A stretch of 64,000 nt of DNA from Candidatus Tenderia sp. (GTDB lineage: Bacteria; Pseudomonadota; Gammaproteobacteria; Tenderiales; Tenderiaceae): positions 1 through 64,000 of the forward strand of contig JANOSY010000089.1 of NCBI GenBank assembly GCA_031416075.1. The letters run 5' to 3'. Below the pieces are notes generated by a model that worked only from the letters and a program-made list of their open reading frames with translations, was not told the DNA's origin and searched no databases. Positions 13,011 through 23,780 of this stretch are shown piece after piece; position 1 is the first letter of the stretch, and the number at the start of each line of letters is the position of its first letter. Both the position numbers and the translations under genes were made by a program.

Positions 13011-13993
13011 TGATGAATACCAAAAATAGCCAGTTGCCGCAGGCAGCGTTGTTGTTGTTCAGGCCCGAGAGCAGGGGCTATTTCAATATTGGGAAGCCTT
13101 AATCCATAATGTTTTTGACGCTGTTCAGCATCAATAATCCAGCGGCAAAGCTCACTTAATTGCTCTTCAATATTGTTACCATGAGTGTCCTGCCACTCGA
13201 GCCATAATTCGTGTGATTGATGGCGTTTAAACTGTTTTGTCATTAGTCCCCGTTCCCGTGCGTAAGCCTTCCAGTCGATATGTCTCATAGAGTCACTGGG
13301 CTGGTAAATACGCAGGCCATGAAAATCATCACTGCCAGATTCTGATGTTGCCATACCATCACCCGTGGTATTGATAATGGGTGGCGAGGTATTGTGTTTG
13401 CTTGGGGCGGGATAAATAAGGGAATGGCCTTCAATATTGACATAAGACCAGGCATGAAAAAGACCAAAGGGATAGCGTGTTGTTACAGTGATTTTTCCTA
13501 CGGTTAATAAACCACGCTGCACTGCCGGTACTATTAGTGATGCATGATTATAATCGTTTACCGTTATGTTGATTACATCGTTATTGTTAGAAATGGTAGA
13601 GCCTATTTCGATATCATAACGTTGTCGTTGTGTATTATTGCAAACCTCTATTACAAATATAGATTCACCACCTACAAACGCGTTGTGCACTTGTGATAAA
13701 CGTATTTTTAGACCCACCAGATTACGATAGGTATGTAAAACAGACACAAACAGAATGCTGCTAAACATAAAGGTTAGTGCAAAGGCCATGTTATTGCTGT
13801 AATTGGTTGCGCCGAGTAACATGACAAGCAGTAATAAAAGAAATATCAGCCCTTGTTTGGTGGGCAAGATGAATATTCGCTTTCCCAAAAGCGTTGCTGA
13901 CTGGTGTATGGAGGCAGGATGGTAATGCATACCACGTGGGCGTAATTTTAATGGTAAAAATTCAATCCAGCGTTTAACTATTTTTTTCATCAC
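13007..13993 (-). CDS. DUF58 domain protein
   Basis: RYPFGLF, DDFHGLRIYQPSDSMRHIDWKA. Confidence 0.92.
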   Translation of the reverse strand: MMKKIVKRWIEFLPLKLRPRGMHYHPASIHQSATLLGKRIFILPTKQGLIFLLLLLVMLLGATNYSNNMAFALTFMFSSILFVSVLHTYRNLVGLKIRLSQVHNAFVGGESIFVIEVCNNTQRQRYDIEIGSTISNNNDVINITVNDYNHASLIVPAVQRGLLTVGKITVTTRYPFGLFHAWSYVNIEGHSLIYPAPSKHNTSPPIINTTGDGMATSESGSDDFHGLRIYQPSDSMRHIDWKAYARERGLMTKQFKRHQSHELWLEWQDTHGNNIEEQLSELCRWIIDAEQRQKHYGLRLPNIEIAPALGPEQQQRCLRQLAIFGIHQ

Positions 13994-14019
13994 GAATAGT
14001 TGATGTTATGACAGAGACA

Positions 14020-15006
14020 TTATGGAATGGGTACAAGTGCCAAACGAGCAGCGAGCCCTTCCGGACTCTGGCCACTATATTCATTTCTCCCTTGTAGGCG
14101 GTGACCGGTTACCACCGGTAAAATTGTCTGAATATCCTCAGGCAACAGATGATCTCGCCCATGCAGGAGCGCCCATGCCTGTGCTGCACGTAATATTGCC
14201 AATCCTGCACGTGGTGAAAGTCCCATCATAAACTCAGATGTCTGTCGACTGAATATCAGTAGCGCTTGTAGATAATCGAGCAACGGTTCTGCTACATGCA
14301 CTTTTGTTACCAGAGTCTGGATTGTGAGTAGTTGTATGCCAGAGAGTTGTGGTTTTATCTGAGGAATTAATTCACGTCGATTATGGCCAATCAGTAATTC
14401 ACGCTCTGCTGCATGATCAGGATAACCCATCGTTAATCGCATTAAAAAACGGTCCAGTTGTGATTCAGGCAGTGGGAAGGTACCAATTTGATGCAAAGGA
14501 TTTTGTGTTGCGATAACAAAAAATGGTAACGGGAGTGGATACGTTTCACCTTCTACAGTGACCTGACGTTCTTCCATAGCCTCTAACAAGGCACTTTGAC
14601 ATTTTGGTGTCGCACGGTTGACTTCATCTGCAAGTAATAGCTGTGTAAAAATCGGGCCATGATGGAATGTAAAATGGTTTGAGTCACGGTTATAGATAGA
14701 TGATCCAATAATATCCGCAGGTAAAAGGTCAGAGGTAAACTGCAAACGTTGGAACTCTAATCCCAGTACCTGAGCAAGCATATGTGCAAGCGTGGTTTTC
14801 CCCATTCCTGGTTGATCTTCAATCAGAAGATGTCCACGCGCCATCAAACAGGCCAGGGCTAAACGTAATTGATGCTCTTTACCTAAAATTATCCGGTTAG
14901 CTTGTTGTAAGATATTGTCAATAAGATTGGCCACCTGTTTTGAACTAATATCAGTAGTGGTATTTTGTGTAATAAAATTTTCTGGATTTTTGCTCATAAC
15001 GTCCAT
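14020..15006 (-). CDS. MoxR-family AAA+ ATPase
   Basis: HLLIEDQPGMGKT, LLADEVNRATPK, ATQNP, LPESQLDRF. Confidence 0.95.
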   Translation of the reverse strand: MDVMSKNPENFITQNTTTDISSKQVANLIDNILQQANRIILGKEHQLRLALACLMARGHLLIEDQPGMGKTTLAHMLAQVLGLEFQRLQFTSDLLPADIIGSSIYNRDSNHFTFHHGPIFTQLLLADEVNRATPKCQSALLEAMEERQVTVEGETYPLPLPFFVIATQNPLHQIGTFPLPESQLDRFLMRLTMGYPDHAAERELLIGHNRRELIPQIKPQLSGIQLLTIQTLVTKVHVAEPLLDYLQALLIFSRQTSEFMMGLSPRAGLAILRAAQAWALLHGRDHLLPEDIQTILPVVTGHRLQGRNEYSGQSPEGLAARLALVPIP

Positions 15007-15348
15007 ATGATCAAATTGAGTTACAATGTGTGATGATACAGGGTAGCGACAGCGATGGTGGTTAACTTTATTGGGATAGTGCGGGTCAATTCTACTGATA
15101 TTAAGTTCCTTATAGAGATTGGTACTATACGTTATTGATTGTGATTGTTTCCCGGTTTTTGTTCGATACGCCCATAATAAATAGTGGATTTATCGGCTGA
15201 TTTATTGTGAAATTTTAATCATTAATAGTTGATTTATAAAGTATGGCTATTGAGTAAATGTTACTGATGTTAAACATTTTTTAATTATGTAAATTAATAT
15301 CTCATGTTAAGATCAATAAGTTAACTAACAATCATGACGAGGTGGTTT

Positions 15349-15723
15349 ATGAAAAATAGAGCTATTTATTTCCCCATGGGTTTCGCCGTTATGATGTTGA
15401 CGGGTTGCGCCAGCGCGCCTAGCAGCACCGCAGATTTTATGCGTGGTAATGTTGCTGAGCAACAAGAGCAAATACAGCTGAAAAAAGAGATCGCCAATGA
15501 ATGGGACCGTGGTGCATCGCTGGTAAAAGCGGGTGAGAAGCTGGTAAAAAAAGGTGAAGAGCAGATTAAGTCCGCTGAAGAAGAGCTCCAAGAGGGAAAA
15601 GTGGATGTTGAGCAAGGTAATGCAAAAATTACCGAAGGCACTAATATAATGCAGGATAGTGAGAAGCGCTTTTATGAAAGCTTTCCCGCTATCGAGTTAA
15701 ATCCTGATATGATTAAAAAATAA
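15349..15723 (+). CDS. Small coiled-coil lipoprotein
   Basis: GAGG RBS, lipobox LTGC, charged helical body. Confidence 0.75.
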   Translation: MKNRAIYFPMGFAVMMLTGCASAPSSTADFMRGNVAEQQEQIQLKKEIANEWDRGASLVKAGEKLVKKGEEQIKSAEEELQEGKVDVEQGNAKITEGTNIMQDSEKRFYESFPAIELNPDMIKK

Positions 15724-15777
15724 TACGTCTACAGGACAATAGGATTGGCTGGTATATACCAGCCAATCCTGCTTGCA

Positions 15778-17292
15778 TTAGATTTCAAATTTAATTCCTT
15801 GTGCCAGTGGCAGTTGATCACTCCAGTTGATCGTATTTGTTTGGCGGCGCATATAGTTTTTCCAGCAATCAGATCCTGCCTCTCTACCCCCGCCCGTCTC
15901 TTTTTCGCCACCAAATGCGCCACCTATTTCAGCGCCTGATGTACCAATGTTGACATTGGCGATACCGCAATCAGAGCCGCGTGATGAGAGAAATAGTTCT
16001 GCATGTTGAATAGAGTTGGTGAAAATGGCAGATGAGAGTCCTTGTGGAACATCATTTTGCAGATGTATTGCACCCTCGATGTTGCGATAGGGGATGATGT
16101 ACAGAATGGGTGAGAAGGTCTCATTTTTAACAATGACATACTGCTTGTTAACACAAGCGATAGTCGGCTCTACAAAATAGCCAGGGCCTTTTAAGACGCG
16201 GCCACCAAACATGATTTTTCCGCTCTTGGCTTTAATTTGGGCAATGGCCTCCTGGTAATCATTGACGGCATGTTTGTCGATAAGTGGTCCCATCAATGTA
16301 TTGAGTTCAAGAGGGTTACCAATTCGTATCTGTTTGTAGGCATTGACCAGCTGTTTAACAAGGGTGTTGTGTATGGAGTTATGTACAATCACTCGCCGTG
16401 TAGAGGTGCAGCGTTGGCCAGCGGTACCCACGGCACCAAAAACGATGGCGCGTATTGCAAGATCGAGATTGGCAGTCTCATCAACAATGATGGCGTTATT
16501 GCCACTGCACTCCAACAGGTAGCGCCCCATCCGTTTTGATACTGCTTTGGCAATATTGTGGCCGGTGTGGCTGGAGCCGGTAAAAGAGAGCTGTGCAATC
16601 CGTTTATCGTTAACAAAACGTTGTGAGATGGTGCGGTCAGGTGGCACAAAGAGTGAAAAAATTCCTGGGTAGCCCACCCGTGTCAGTACTTCATTGCAGA
16701 TATGTTGTACCGCAATGGCACATAGGGGGGTTTTTGAGGAGGGTTTCCAGACAACAGTGTTGCCACCGATGGCGGCGATGAATGCGTTCCAGGCCCAAAC
16801 AGCCACAGGAAAATTAAAGGCGCTGATGACACCCACCACACCCAGTGGATGCCACTGTTCATACATGCGATGTTCAGGGCGTTCGCTGTGCATGGTACGG
16901 CCATACAACATACGGGCCTGACCGACGGCGAAGTCGGCAATATCGATCATCTCCTGTACTTCACCATCACCTTCAGCCTTGATTTTCCCCATTTCTGTGG
17001 CGATTAACGTACCGAGAGCATCTTTGTGTTCCCGTAGTGCATTACCAATCTGGCGTATTACCTCGCCACGTTTTGGGGCAGGTACCATTGCCCAGGCCTT
17101 TTGTGCAGTAACGCTGGCGCTGACGACGGTTTCATAATCATCCACCGAGCAGGTGTAGACTTTGGCGATTAATTTTTCTGTCGCAGGGTTAATGGAATCG
17201 ATGGTTGATGCATCATGGGTGTCGACCCAGCCAGTTGTAGTGTAGGTTGATGGGTTAAAGTCGCTGAGTCCGACAGTTTTGAATATGTCCAT
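15778..17292 (-). CDS. ALDH7-type aldehyde dehydrogenase (piperideine-6-carboxylate/aminoadipate-semialdehyde dehydrogenase)
   Basis: [54 protein letters not shown] signatures of family 7; start 17292 with AAGGA RBS. Confidence 0.93.
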   Translation of the reverse strand: MDIFKTVGLSDFNPSTYTTTGWVDTHDASTIDSINPATEKLIAKVYTCSVDDYETVVSASVTAQKAWAMVPAPKRGEVIRQIGNALREHKDALGTLIATEMGKIKAEGDGEVQEMIDIADFAVGQARMLYGRTMHSERPEHRMYEQWHPLGVVGVISAFNFPVAVWAWNAFIAAIGGNTVVWKPSSKTPLCAIAVQHICNEVLTRVGYPGIFSLFVPPDRTISQRFVNDKRIAQLSFTGSSHTGHNIAKAVSKRMGRYLLECSGNNAIIVDETANLDLAIRAIVFGAVGTAGQRCTSTRRVIVHNSIHNTLVKQLVNAYKQIRIGNPLELNTLMGPLIDKHAVNDYQEAIAQIKAKSGKIMFGGRVLKGPGYFVEPTIACVNKQYVIVKNETFSPILYIIPYRNIEGAIHLQNDVPQGLSSAIFTNSIQHAELFLSSRGSDCGIANVNIGTSGAEIGGAFGGEKETGGGREAGSDCWKNYMRRQTNTINWSDQLPLAQGIKFEI

Positions 17293-17302
17293 GCCTGATT
17301 CC

Positions 17303-18397
17303 TTACGCGTAATATTTGCCAAAACGGTTATTCACCACATCCCCTAAAGCAATACGCTCCTGGGTGATAAAGCCATGAAACTGATTACGGTTATTGAGCA
17401 CAATCTCCATAACACTGCATATGCCAGCGGCGGTGGTGATCTGGATTGAGGACCACTGCTTGCCAGCGACCATTTGAGGATATACTTTTTTTACATAGTT
17501 TTCCTCTACAAACTCCCCCGCTTTATAGCCGGTGACGGCGACATAAATGAGCACAACATCCTGTTTGCTTTTGGGAATGGCAGTTTCAAGAATCTTTTTA
17601 AGCGTGGCGCGGTCATCATTGAGTCGCAGATCATTCATCAATAAGCGAATTGCATCACAATGGCCCGGATAGCGCATAGTCTTATAGTTCATAGAACGGA
17701 TTTTTCCAGCATAACTTTCAGCCAGGGTGCCGAGGCCGCCAGAGGTATTAAAGGCTTCATAAAGCACACCATCCAAAGTGATGGTTTCATGGCCCTCTAA
17801 CGGTTGTAGCGTGGTCAAAACCCCCTCTTCAATGCCATAACAGAGGTTGCCATACTCATTTATCAACCCATCGGTAGACCAAGTAAGGGAGTACTTCAGT
17901 GCATTGTTGGGATTGACTGGCAGTGCACCAACGCGCATTTTTACACTATCAAGCGCATCAAAATGGCGCATCAGCTCATGGGTAGCAATGCTGATAAAGC
18001 CAGGTGCCAAGCCACATTGGGGCATAAAAATAGTTTGAGAGTGGGCGCTTATCTGTTGCACATGGCGTGTTACCTCAACATCCTCTGTCAGATCAAAATA
18101 GTGGATGCCATAACGGGCAGCAAGATCGGCCACCAACGGATTACAGTAATATGGCAGACATGAGATGACGGCTTCGTAAGGATGACTCTGCATCACTATA
18201 CTCAGGGCCTTTTCATCCGTTACATCCAGCAGAAAGGCGTTTACATCACAAAGCCCTGTTTCGCGGCACAGTGACTGAGCCGCCTCGGTATTAAGACTGC
18301 CCACATGTACGTCATAATCGCCGGACTCTGCCAACATACAGGTGATTAGTGAGCCTATTTTACCGGCACCAAGTAATAAAACTGTGCGTTTAGTCAA
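17303..18397 (-). CDS. Saccharopine dehydrogenase-family / lysine 6-dehydrogenase
   Basis: GAGKIG Rossmann motif, [34 protein letters not shown]; TTG start with AAGGAG RBS. Confidence 0.9.
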   Translation of the reverse strand: MTKRTVLLLGAGKIGSLITCMLAESGDYDVHVGSLNTEAAQSLCRETGLCDVNAFLLDVTDEKALSIVMQSHPYEAVISCLPYYCNPLVADLAARYGIHYFDLTEDVEVTRHVQQISAHSQTIFMPQCGLAPGFISIATHELMRHFDALDSVKMRVGALPVNPNNALKYSLTWSTDGLINEYGNLCYGIEEGVLTTLQPLEGHETITLDGVLYEAFNTSGGLGTLAESYAGKIRSMNYKTMRYPGHCDAIRLLMNDLRLNDDRATLKKILETAIPKSKQDVVLIYVAVTGYKAGEFVEENYVKKVYPQMVAGKQWSSIQITTAAGICSVMEIVLNNRNQFHGFITQERIALGDVVNNRFGKYYA

Positions 18398-18490
18398 AAT
18401 TTTCTCCTTTATGCCGATCTACATTTATAACTATTAGCATCGTCCGTACTTAAAACGGTGCCTTCGTATTAGAATTACCGGGAGGCCACT

Positions 18491-19654
18491 ATGGTTTTAC
18501 GCCATCACTCAAGCTTTGCCACCAAGATCGCCAAACAGCTGCTGGCGACCGATTGTTCTTTTAAACCCGGTGAAGAGCCATCCCAGATCCATATAACAGG
18601 TAACGAATCGGCAATCTTTAAACTGGATATGACGCCATTTATTGCCACACCTTCAGAACCAACAGCACACCATTTTTTTGAAGGTATCCACACAGTCATA
18701 GAGCTGTTATCGGCCTACCATGCTGCAAAGAGTAGTATGCCCTTTGAAGTTGATCTACCCATGGCGTGTGAATCGGTTTCAGATTATTCGGATCACTTTC
18801 TATCTGCTTCGTTTCAGCATGCAATCACAGTGTTAACCAACAGCCAGGCAATATTGATTGCCGAGTGGGTGAAAAACCTGGATGTCTACTGTGCTGTTAA
18901 AGCCGTTGAATCATTTTGTTATAGCCAGGCAGATCTGAAAATATTAGAGATAGCCACCAGGTATGGTTGGAATGTTGTATATGACCACATGGCAATTCGT
19001 TGCGGAAGCCAAGCGCATCAGGATGCAGAACGTATCTCACAGTTTTTAATTGATGAACATGGATATCAACCAAGTCAGCGCCCAGATGAGGCGTATTACC
19101 AATTTACAGATGGCTGGAATGCCTATCCACTCTATAAAATTTTAAACAATGGTCAGGTATTGCGGCTCTTTATAGATCAATCAGATGCCGCTGACAAACT
19201 ACAGATTATTCAGCATTGGAACCATGTTTATGGTTACACCGCACACCATGTTGGTATCCGTGCAACCAAACTGATCAATGGTGTGCGCCTGTCAGTATCC
19301 TTGGATGACTTAATGCATGCACTAATAAAAGAGGGGATAAAAATCATGACCCCCACCGGCCATTACACCCATGGCCTACTATTACAAGTATTTACACAGC
19401 CAGAAAAAAACAGAAATATTCCAAAATCGTTAAAAAAAGAGATAGCAGCACACTCGCCACAACTGGAAAAAGGGATAGAAAATGCAAAGCTTCTGGAACT
19501 GGTCTCACGCCGAGAAATGGAACCACGATTTGCCTGGGATTACTTCAAACTCTACGGTTTAAAATATGAACCAACGAACCCACTACACTCCGCACCTTAC
19601 TACCAATATTTTCTGCCAGCACAGGCAGCGCATGTGATTAAAACATCTCAATAA
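18491..19654 (+). CDS. Hypothetical protein with C-terminal VOC/HPPD-like metal-binding domain
   Basis: GGAGG RBS; DHMAIR..HHVGIR..LLQVFT..LELVSRR pattern resembles the His-His-Glu triad of HPPD/DUF1338 enzymes. Confidence 0.7.
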   Translation: MVLRHHSSFATKIAKQLLATDCSFKPGEEPSQIHITGNESAIFKLDMTPFIATPSEPTAHHFFEGIHTVIELLSAYHAAKSSMPFEVDLPMACESVSDYSDHFLSASFQHAITVLTNSQAILIAEWVKNLDVYCAVKAVESFCYSQADLKILEIATRYGWNVVYDHMAIRCGSQAHQDAERISQFLIDEHGYQPSQRPDEAYYQFTDGWNAYPLYKILNNGQVLRLFIDQSDAADKLQIIQHWNHVYGYTAHHVGIRATKLINGVRLSVSLDDLMHALIKEGIKIMTPTGHYTHGLLLQVFTQPEKNRNIPKSLKKEIAAHSPQLEKGIENAKLLELVSRREMEPRFAWDYFKLYGLKYEPTNPLHSAPYYQYFLPAQAAHVIKTSQ

Positions 19655-20147
19655 CGGTACAGCCGTCACCTCCATTATTTAACTGATACAGAGTAGGCCC
19701 CAGGGGCACGTGAATCCATGAGAATTTTTTGGATAATATTTATACGTAAAGAGGACCTGAATAAGTCCGTTTTCCCTGCGGCTGCCAAAGGGATGGTGAT
19801 GTAATACATTGATCGTTAAGCATCCTACATTAATGCGTCGACAGGCTCGCCACGAAGATCTTACCCCACGAAGTGCTTTGGGCACGGAAGATATATTCAG
19901 AGATTCTGCAATGAAATTATTCTTAGATACAGTGAGTAATTAAGGTCAAAATTTAAAGGTTCTGTACAAATCGTTTATCAAGCCGCGTTAGTGCTTTAAG
20001 TTGGGGTAACTACACTCGTAAATAGTGTGTTTGTAACATTAATAGTTTTGAGTCTGCTCCGCAAATGGTCCGGCAAGATCTATAAGATGCTGCCGTTGGC
20101 AAAAAATTTACTGCTATATTCAATTCTCACACAAGAGCAGTTGATAT

Positions 20148-22712
20148 TTATTGCGTCACTGACATAAATAAAGGTGCATTAACGATAATGATGTCATTGC
20201 TTGTGCGAATGGCCAAACCAGTATCTCCCCATTTCGTTAAAGCCAAAGGATAGTCGGTAAGTTTCGAGGTCATCAGAGTCTCCTTAAGCAAATAAGTGCT
20301 CGATTCATATGAACGTATCTTCCCTGGGCTACCACCATTACTCCAGTCATATTCAAACGTTACAAAATAGACCCTTCCATTTTCCGTATCAGGAGTCATA
20401 CGAGAGCCAGAATCAAAACTCTGGTTAAGAGATGGCTTGAAGGTTCCAAGCAAGGTACCGGAAGTAAAATCAAACACTCTGCCAAAAATGGTGTACATGA
20501 ATCCATTGCTGAGTATTATTTGGTCAGTATTATTAATGTAGGCTGAGCTTAATATTGTGGTGTTAGTGATGCCTGTTCCATCAATTGACAGTTTTGAGAT
20601 CGTTGAATATCCAAAGCCATATAACGTACTCGAGGAGTCAGTGAACTCAATGTTTGAAAATGAGTACGGCTGAGAGCTGTTCTGCCGGGCGACATCATTG
20701 TCATAAATGGTCACATATCCATATTGTTGCAATATGGCGATGGTTTCCGGATTGCCTGGCATGACTGCCATATCGATAACAGAGGTCGTACTAAATGACA
20801 ATGGTTGATTTACCGCGAACTGTAGTCCCGCAGTTTGCGTTGCAACATTAAAACGACGTATAGACGACGCTCCATTTAATACTACATATAGATATTGACC
20901 ATCATCTGACAGGGCCAGCTTGCCAGGCTCACTGCCTATAAATACTGAACGCTCAATGCGAGCAGTGGCGGGGTCAATAATAGTGATGCTGTTACCGATA
21001 GTTCCGCCAGCGCTGGGGACTGAGGCGTAGAGCTTTTTGCTATAAGGATCATAAATCATGTCATTGGTGGGAAGTGACAGTTTTGTGATTTGATCAATAG
21101 TAACAGTAACAGTGGCGTTATTCGTAACGCCATTGCTTGAAACTGTAATGGTTGTATCACCAGGTGCCACCGCCGTGATCAGGCCGGTACTGTCCACTGA
21201 TGCGATGGCGGGATCGCTGGATTCCCAAATTAAACTCGGATCATATATCGGCATTGCGTCTAGATAAGCAGTGGCCAAAATCCGCCGCGCCTCGCCTGAA
21301 GGCAAGGTAACAACCTTTGTGGATAACTCAATGCGAGTAATCGGTTGAGGTGGTTGTGGGTCATATGAAGGAAGTGGATGAACAACAACTGAAACTTTAA
21401 TCGAATCGTTTGAAAGATTAATATCCGAGCTGTTTTTGGCAAATTCGGCCGTTATTTGGCTGATGCCAGCCGCCGTCGCTCGGAAGGAGAAATGAAGATA
21501 GATGTATTCACCTGGATTGATGGTATTTAATGAACATGTTAGCCCATTAACAGCTGCACAATAGCCATAATCTTCATAGAGTGTCGGCAACTCTATGCCA
21601 ATGGTTTTAAGCGTGAGCGTTACATCATGGGCGGCAACAGCGCCTTGATTAATAACTCTTAGTGATCCATAAATAATATCGCCAACCGTCCCATTCCAGG
21701 ACCGGTAGCTATCTGATAGTGTTAAATCTGGTCCTTGGCTGGTTAAAGCCACCATGCCTTGGTCAACGCCTTCAATGGTGAGCTTAGCAAAGCCACATCC
21801 CGTTGAGGTTAATTGATAACTCATCGTTGCAATGTTATTACCAGTCAAGACAAGGCTTCCCCCAACAGGGGTATGGCAAACCACAGACGTAGAAAAGTTA
21901 TCTAGATCAAATTGAAGATCATTGAACGTAATCTGGGTAGTTTGTCGGTCTGCGTTTATATAGGTTCCGTTGCCATTTATCGTTTCGATGTCGCTATTTT
22001 GGCTGCTGGTAACGGTAGCCGTATATTTAATCGACTCTATTTTTCCACTGTTATCACGAGCACTTAGTGCGATATCCCAATGCTCAAGCGTGGGCGATTC
22101 AATATGTACCTTCGAGGACCCCGAGACCTGTTGACCGTTAACGGTGTAATTTTCGTATGCAATATCGCTGTTGGCGGAGATTATCCCACCACTAACAAGC
22201 ATATAGACATCACTTACTTTAATGGTGATTTTTCCGCTACGACTTATGCCATCTAGTGAATCAACACAGGAGGATCCGTAATCAATAATAATCGAATAAC
22301 CTTTGCTGCTGACAAGATTAGGTTGTGTGATAACAGGGCATCCACTATAGGCCGATGTCTGTGGAGTACGTATGGATCTTAAATTAGCGTCACTGGTTAC
22401 CGACGCATCAGTGACAAATGCACCAGATGGGTAAGCGGCTGGGCGTAACTTACCGTCCAATACCATGCCGCCTCGTGCGATGCGCATAACATCTGTGACT
22501 AAATTGATTGTACTAATACTGCTCTGAGTGGCTGAGTCAGCTGTGAATTGAATGGGTTGAACGGGAGGTGGTGTTGTAGAGGGTGAGCCACTATTTTCTA
22601 CCAAACCACAACCTGCCAGAAAAACTGCCAATATTATTGCCAGTGAGTATTGGGGTTTTTTGAACAACAGACGAACATCAACCCAAAAATAGGCCGAGAA
22701 TGAATTAAGCAT
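20148..22712 (-). CDS. Large lipoprotein with Ig-like (DUF11/Big_2) domains and C-terminal beta-propeller
   Basis: Lipobox LAGC; WESSDPAIASVDSTGLITAVAPGDTTITV (Big_2); repeated LYASV/LYVVL propeller blades. Confidence 0.8.
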   Translation of the reverse strand: MLNSFSAYFWVDVRLLFKKPQYSLAIILAVFLAGCGLVENSGSPSTTPPPVQPIQFTADSATQSSISTINLVTDVMRIARGGMVLDGKLRPAAYPSGAFVTDASVTSDANLRSIRTPQTSAYSGCPVITQPNLVSSKGYSIIIDYGSSCVDSLDGISRSGKITIKVSDVYMLVSGGIISANSDIAYENYTVNGQQVSGSSKVHIESPTLEHWDIALSARDNSGKIESIKYTATVTSSQNSDIETINGNGTYINADRQTTQITFNDLQFDLDNFSTSVVCHTPVGGSLVLTGNNIATMSYQLTSTGCGFAKLTIEGVDQGMVALTSQGPDLTLSDSYRSWNGTVGDIIYGSLRVINQGAVAAHDVTLTLKTIGIELPTLYEDYGYCAAVNGLTCSLNTINPGEYIYLHFSFRATAAGISQITAEFAKNSSDINLSNDSIKVSVVVHPLPSYDPQPPQPITRIELSTKVVTLPSGEARRILATAYLDAMPIYDPSLIWESSDPAIASVDSTGLITAVAPGDTTITVSSNGVTNNATVTVTIDQITKLSLPTNDMIYDPYSKKLYASVPSAGGTIGNSITIIDPATARIERSVFIGSEPGKLALSDDGQYLYVVLNGASSIRRFNVATQTAGLQFAVNQPLSFSTTSVIDMAVMPGNPETIAILQQYGYVTIYDNDVARQNSSQPYSFSNIEFTDSSSTLYGFGYSTISKLSIDGTGITNTTILSSAYINNTDQIILSNGFMYTIFGRVFDFTSGTLLGTFKPSLNQSFDSGSRMTPDTENGRVYFVTFEYDWSNGGSPGKIRSYESSTYLLKETLMTSKLTDYPLALTKWGDTGLAIRTSNDIIIVNAPLFMSVTQ

Positions 22713-22896
22713 GATCCCCTCAATCTTATATTTAGTTATAATTTTTATAAATTTATTTTGTGGCGTTTATCGCACCATTAATATGGTAATTATAAGACAT
22801 GGGCACTGTAAACGCTATTTATACCGCTGTCCGGTAATCCATGCATAAAATAGGATATATGGTCGAAAGAGTACCCAAAAAAACTTCAGTGATATA

Positions 22897-23718
22897 GGTT
22901 CTGTTGACGTTTCCCAAGTTTAGTAGAATCTACCGTTTTAGGTTGGCATGGACAGAACCAAATTAAGGGATAGCGAGTGGGTGCGTATATTGCCTGAATT
23001 GACAAAATTGACTGACGTGCATCTCGGATCGCTCGATAAATGCAGGCGATTTATTGGCGCATCATTGTGGATATTGCGCACAGGCGCGCAGTGGCGAACG
23101 CTGCCGCCAGAGCATGGCAAATGGAATAGCGTCTTCAAGCGATATTCACGTTGGTGCTCGAACGGTGCCTGGGATAAGTTGCCCAACTGTTTTTCTGAAC
23201 ATGCTGATTTACAAGATGTTTCTATTGATGGAACGGTGACGAGAGCGCACGCCTGCGCCGCAGGCGCTGTGGGCAGTTCGGCTGAAAAAGAGGCGCTTGG
23301 GCGCTCCAAAGGCGGGTTTAGCAGCAAGATTCATGCGGCCTGTGATGCGATTGGAATGCCGATTAAGTTCATACTGACGGGTGGTCAAGCGGCTGAGTGC
23401 ACGGTGGCCATGCCGTTGCTGGACGGTATCCAAACATCAGCACTTCTGGCAGATAAAGGCTACGACACAAACGAGTTGCGCACGTGGTTAAAGGCGCATG
23501 GGATAGAGGCTGTGATTCCGCCGAAATCGAACCGAAAAGAGCACATTGACTGCGATTTTTGGCTTTACAAGGAGCGGCACGCCGTCGAATGCATGTTTGG
23601 CAAGCTCAAGCATTATCGTCGAATTGCCACTCGTTATGAGAAAAAAGCTATTAATTATATGGGGATGCTGTCTTTTGCGTCGGTGCTTCTATGGCTGAGA
23701 TGAAACGTCAACAGAACC
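22897..23718 (+). mobile_element. Intact IS5-family insertion sequence (822 bp)
   Basis: Perfect 17-bp TIRs GGTTCTGTTGACGTTTC (22897-22913 / 23702-23718), each flanked by TA. Confidence 0.93.
22948..23703 (+). CDS. IS5-family transposase
   Basis: LRTGAQWRTLP, SIDGT, LGRSKGG..KIH, ADKGYD, YKERHAVECMFGKLK..RRIATRYEK. Confidence 0.95.
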   Translation: MDRTKLRDSEWVRILPELTKLTDVHLGSLDKCRRFIGASLWILRTGAQWRTLPPEHGKWNSVFKRYSRWCSNGAWDKLPNCFSEHADLQDVSIDGTVTRAHACAAGAVGSSAEKEALGRSKGGFSSKIHAACDAIGMPIKFILTGGQAAECTVAMPLLDGIQTSALLADKGYDTNELRTWLKAHGIEAVIPPKSNRKEHIDCDFWLYKERHAVECMFGKLKHYRRIATRYEKKAINYMGMLSFASVLLWLR

Positions 23719-23780
23719 TAATATAGCTTATTCATCGGGGAATATGTTTGGTTCCGATATGTTGGTTTTTAAACAGCCTG

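Noticed and set aside
11052-15006. MoxR-DUF58-transglutaminase, and likewise LemA-TPM, LpoB-COG3014-LPP20 and PA2779-PA2778, as novel systems
   Set aside because: These are widespread, already recognised gene clusters.
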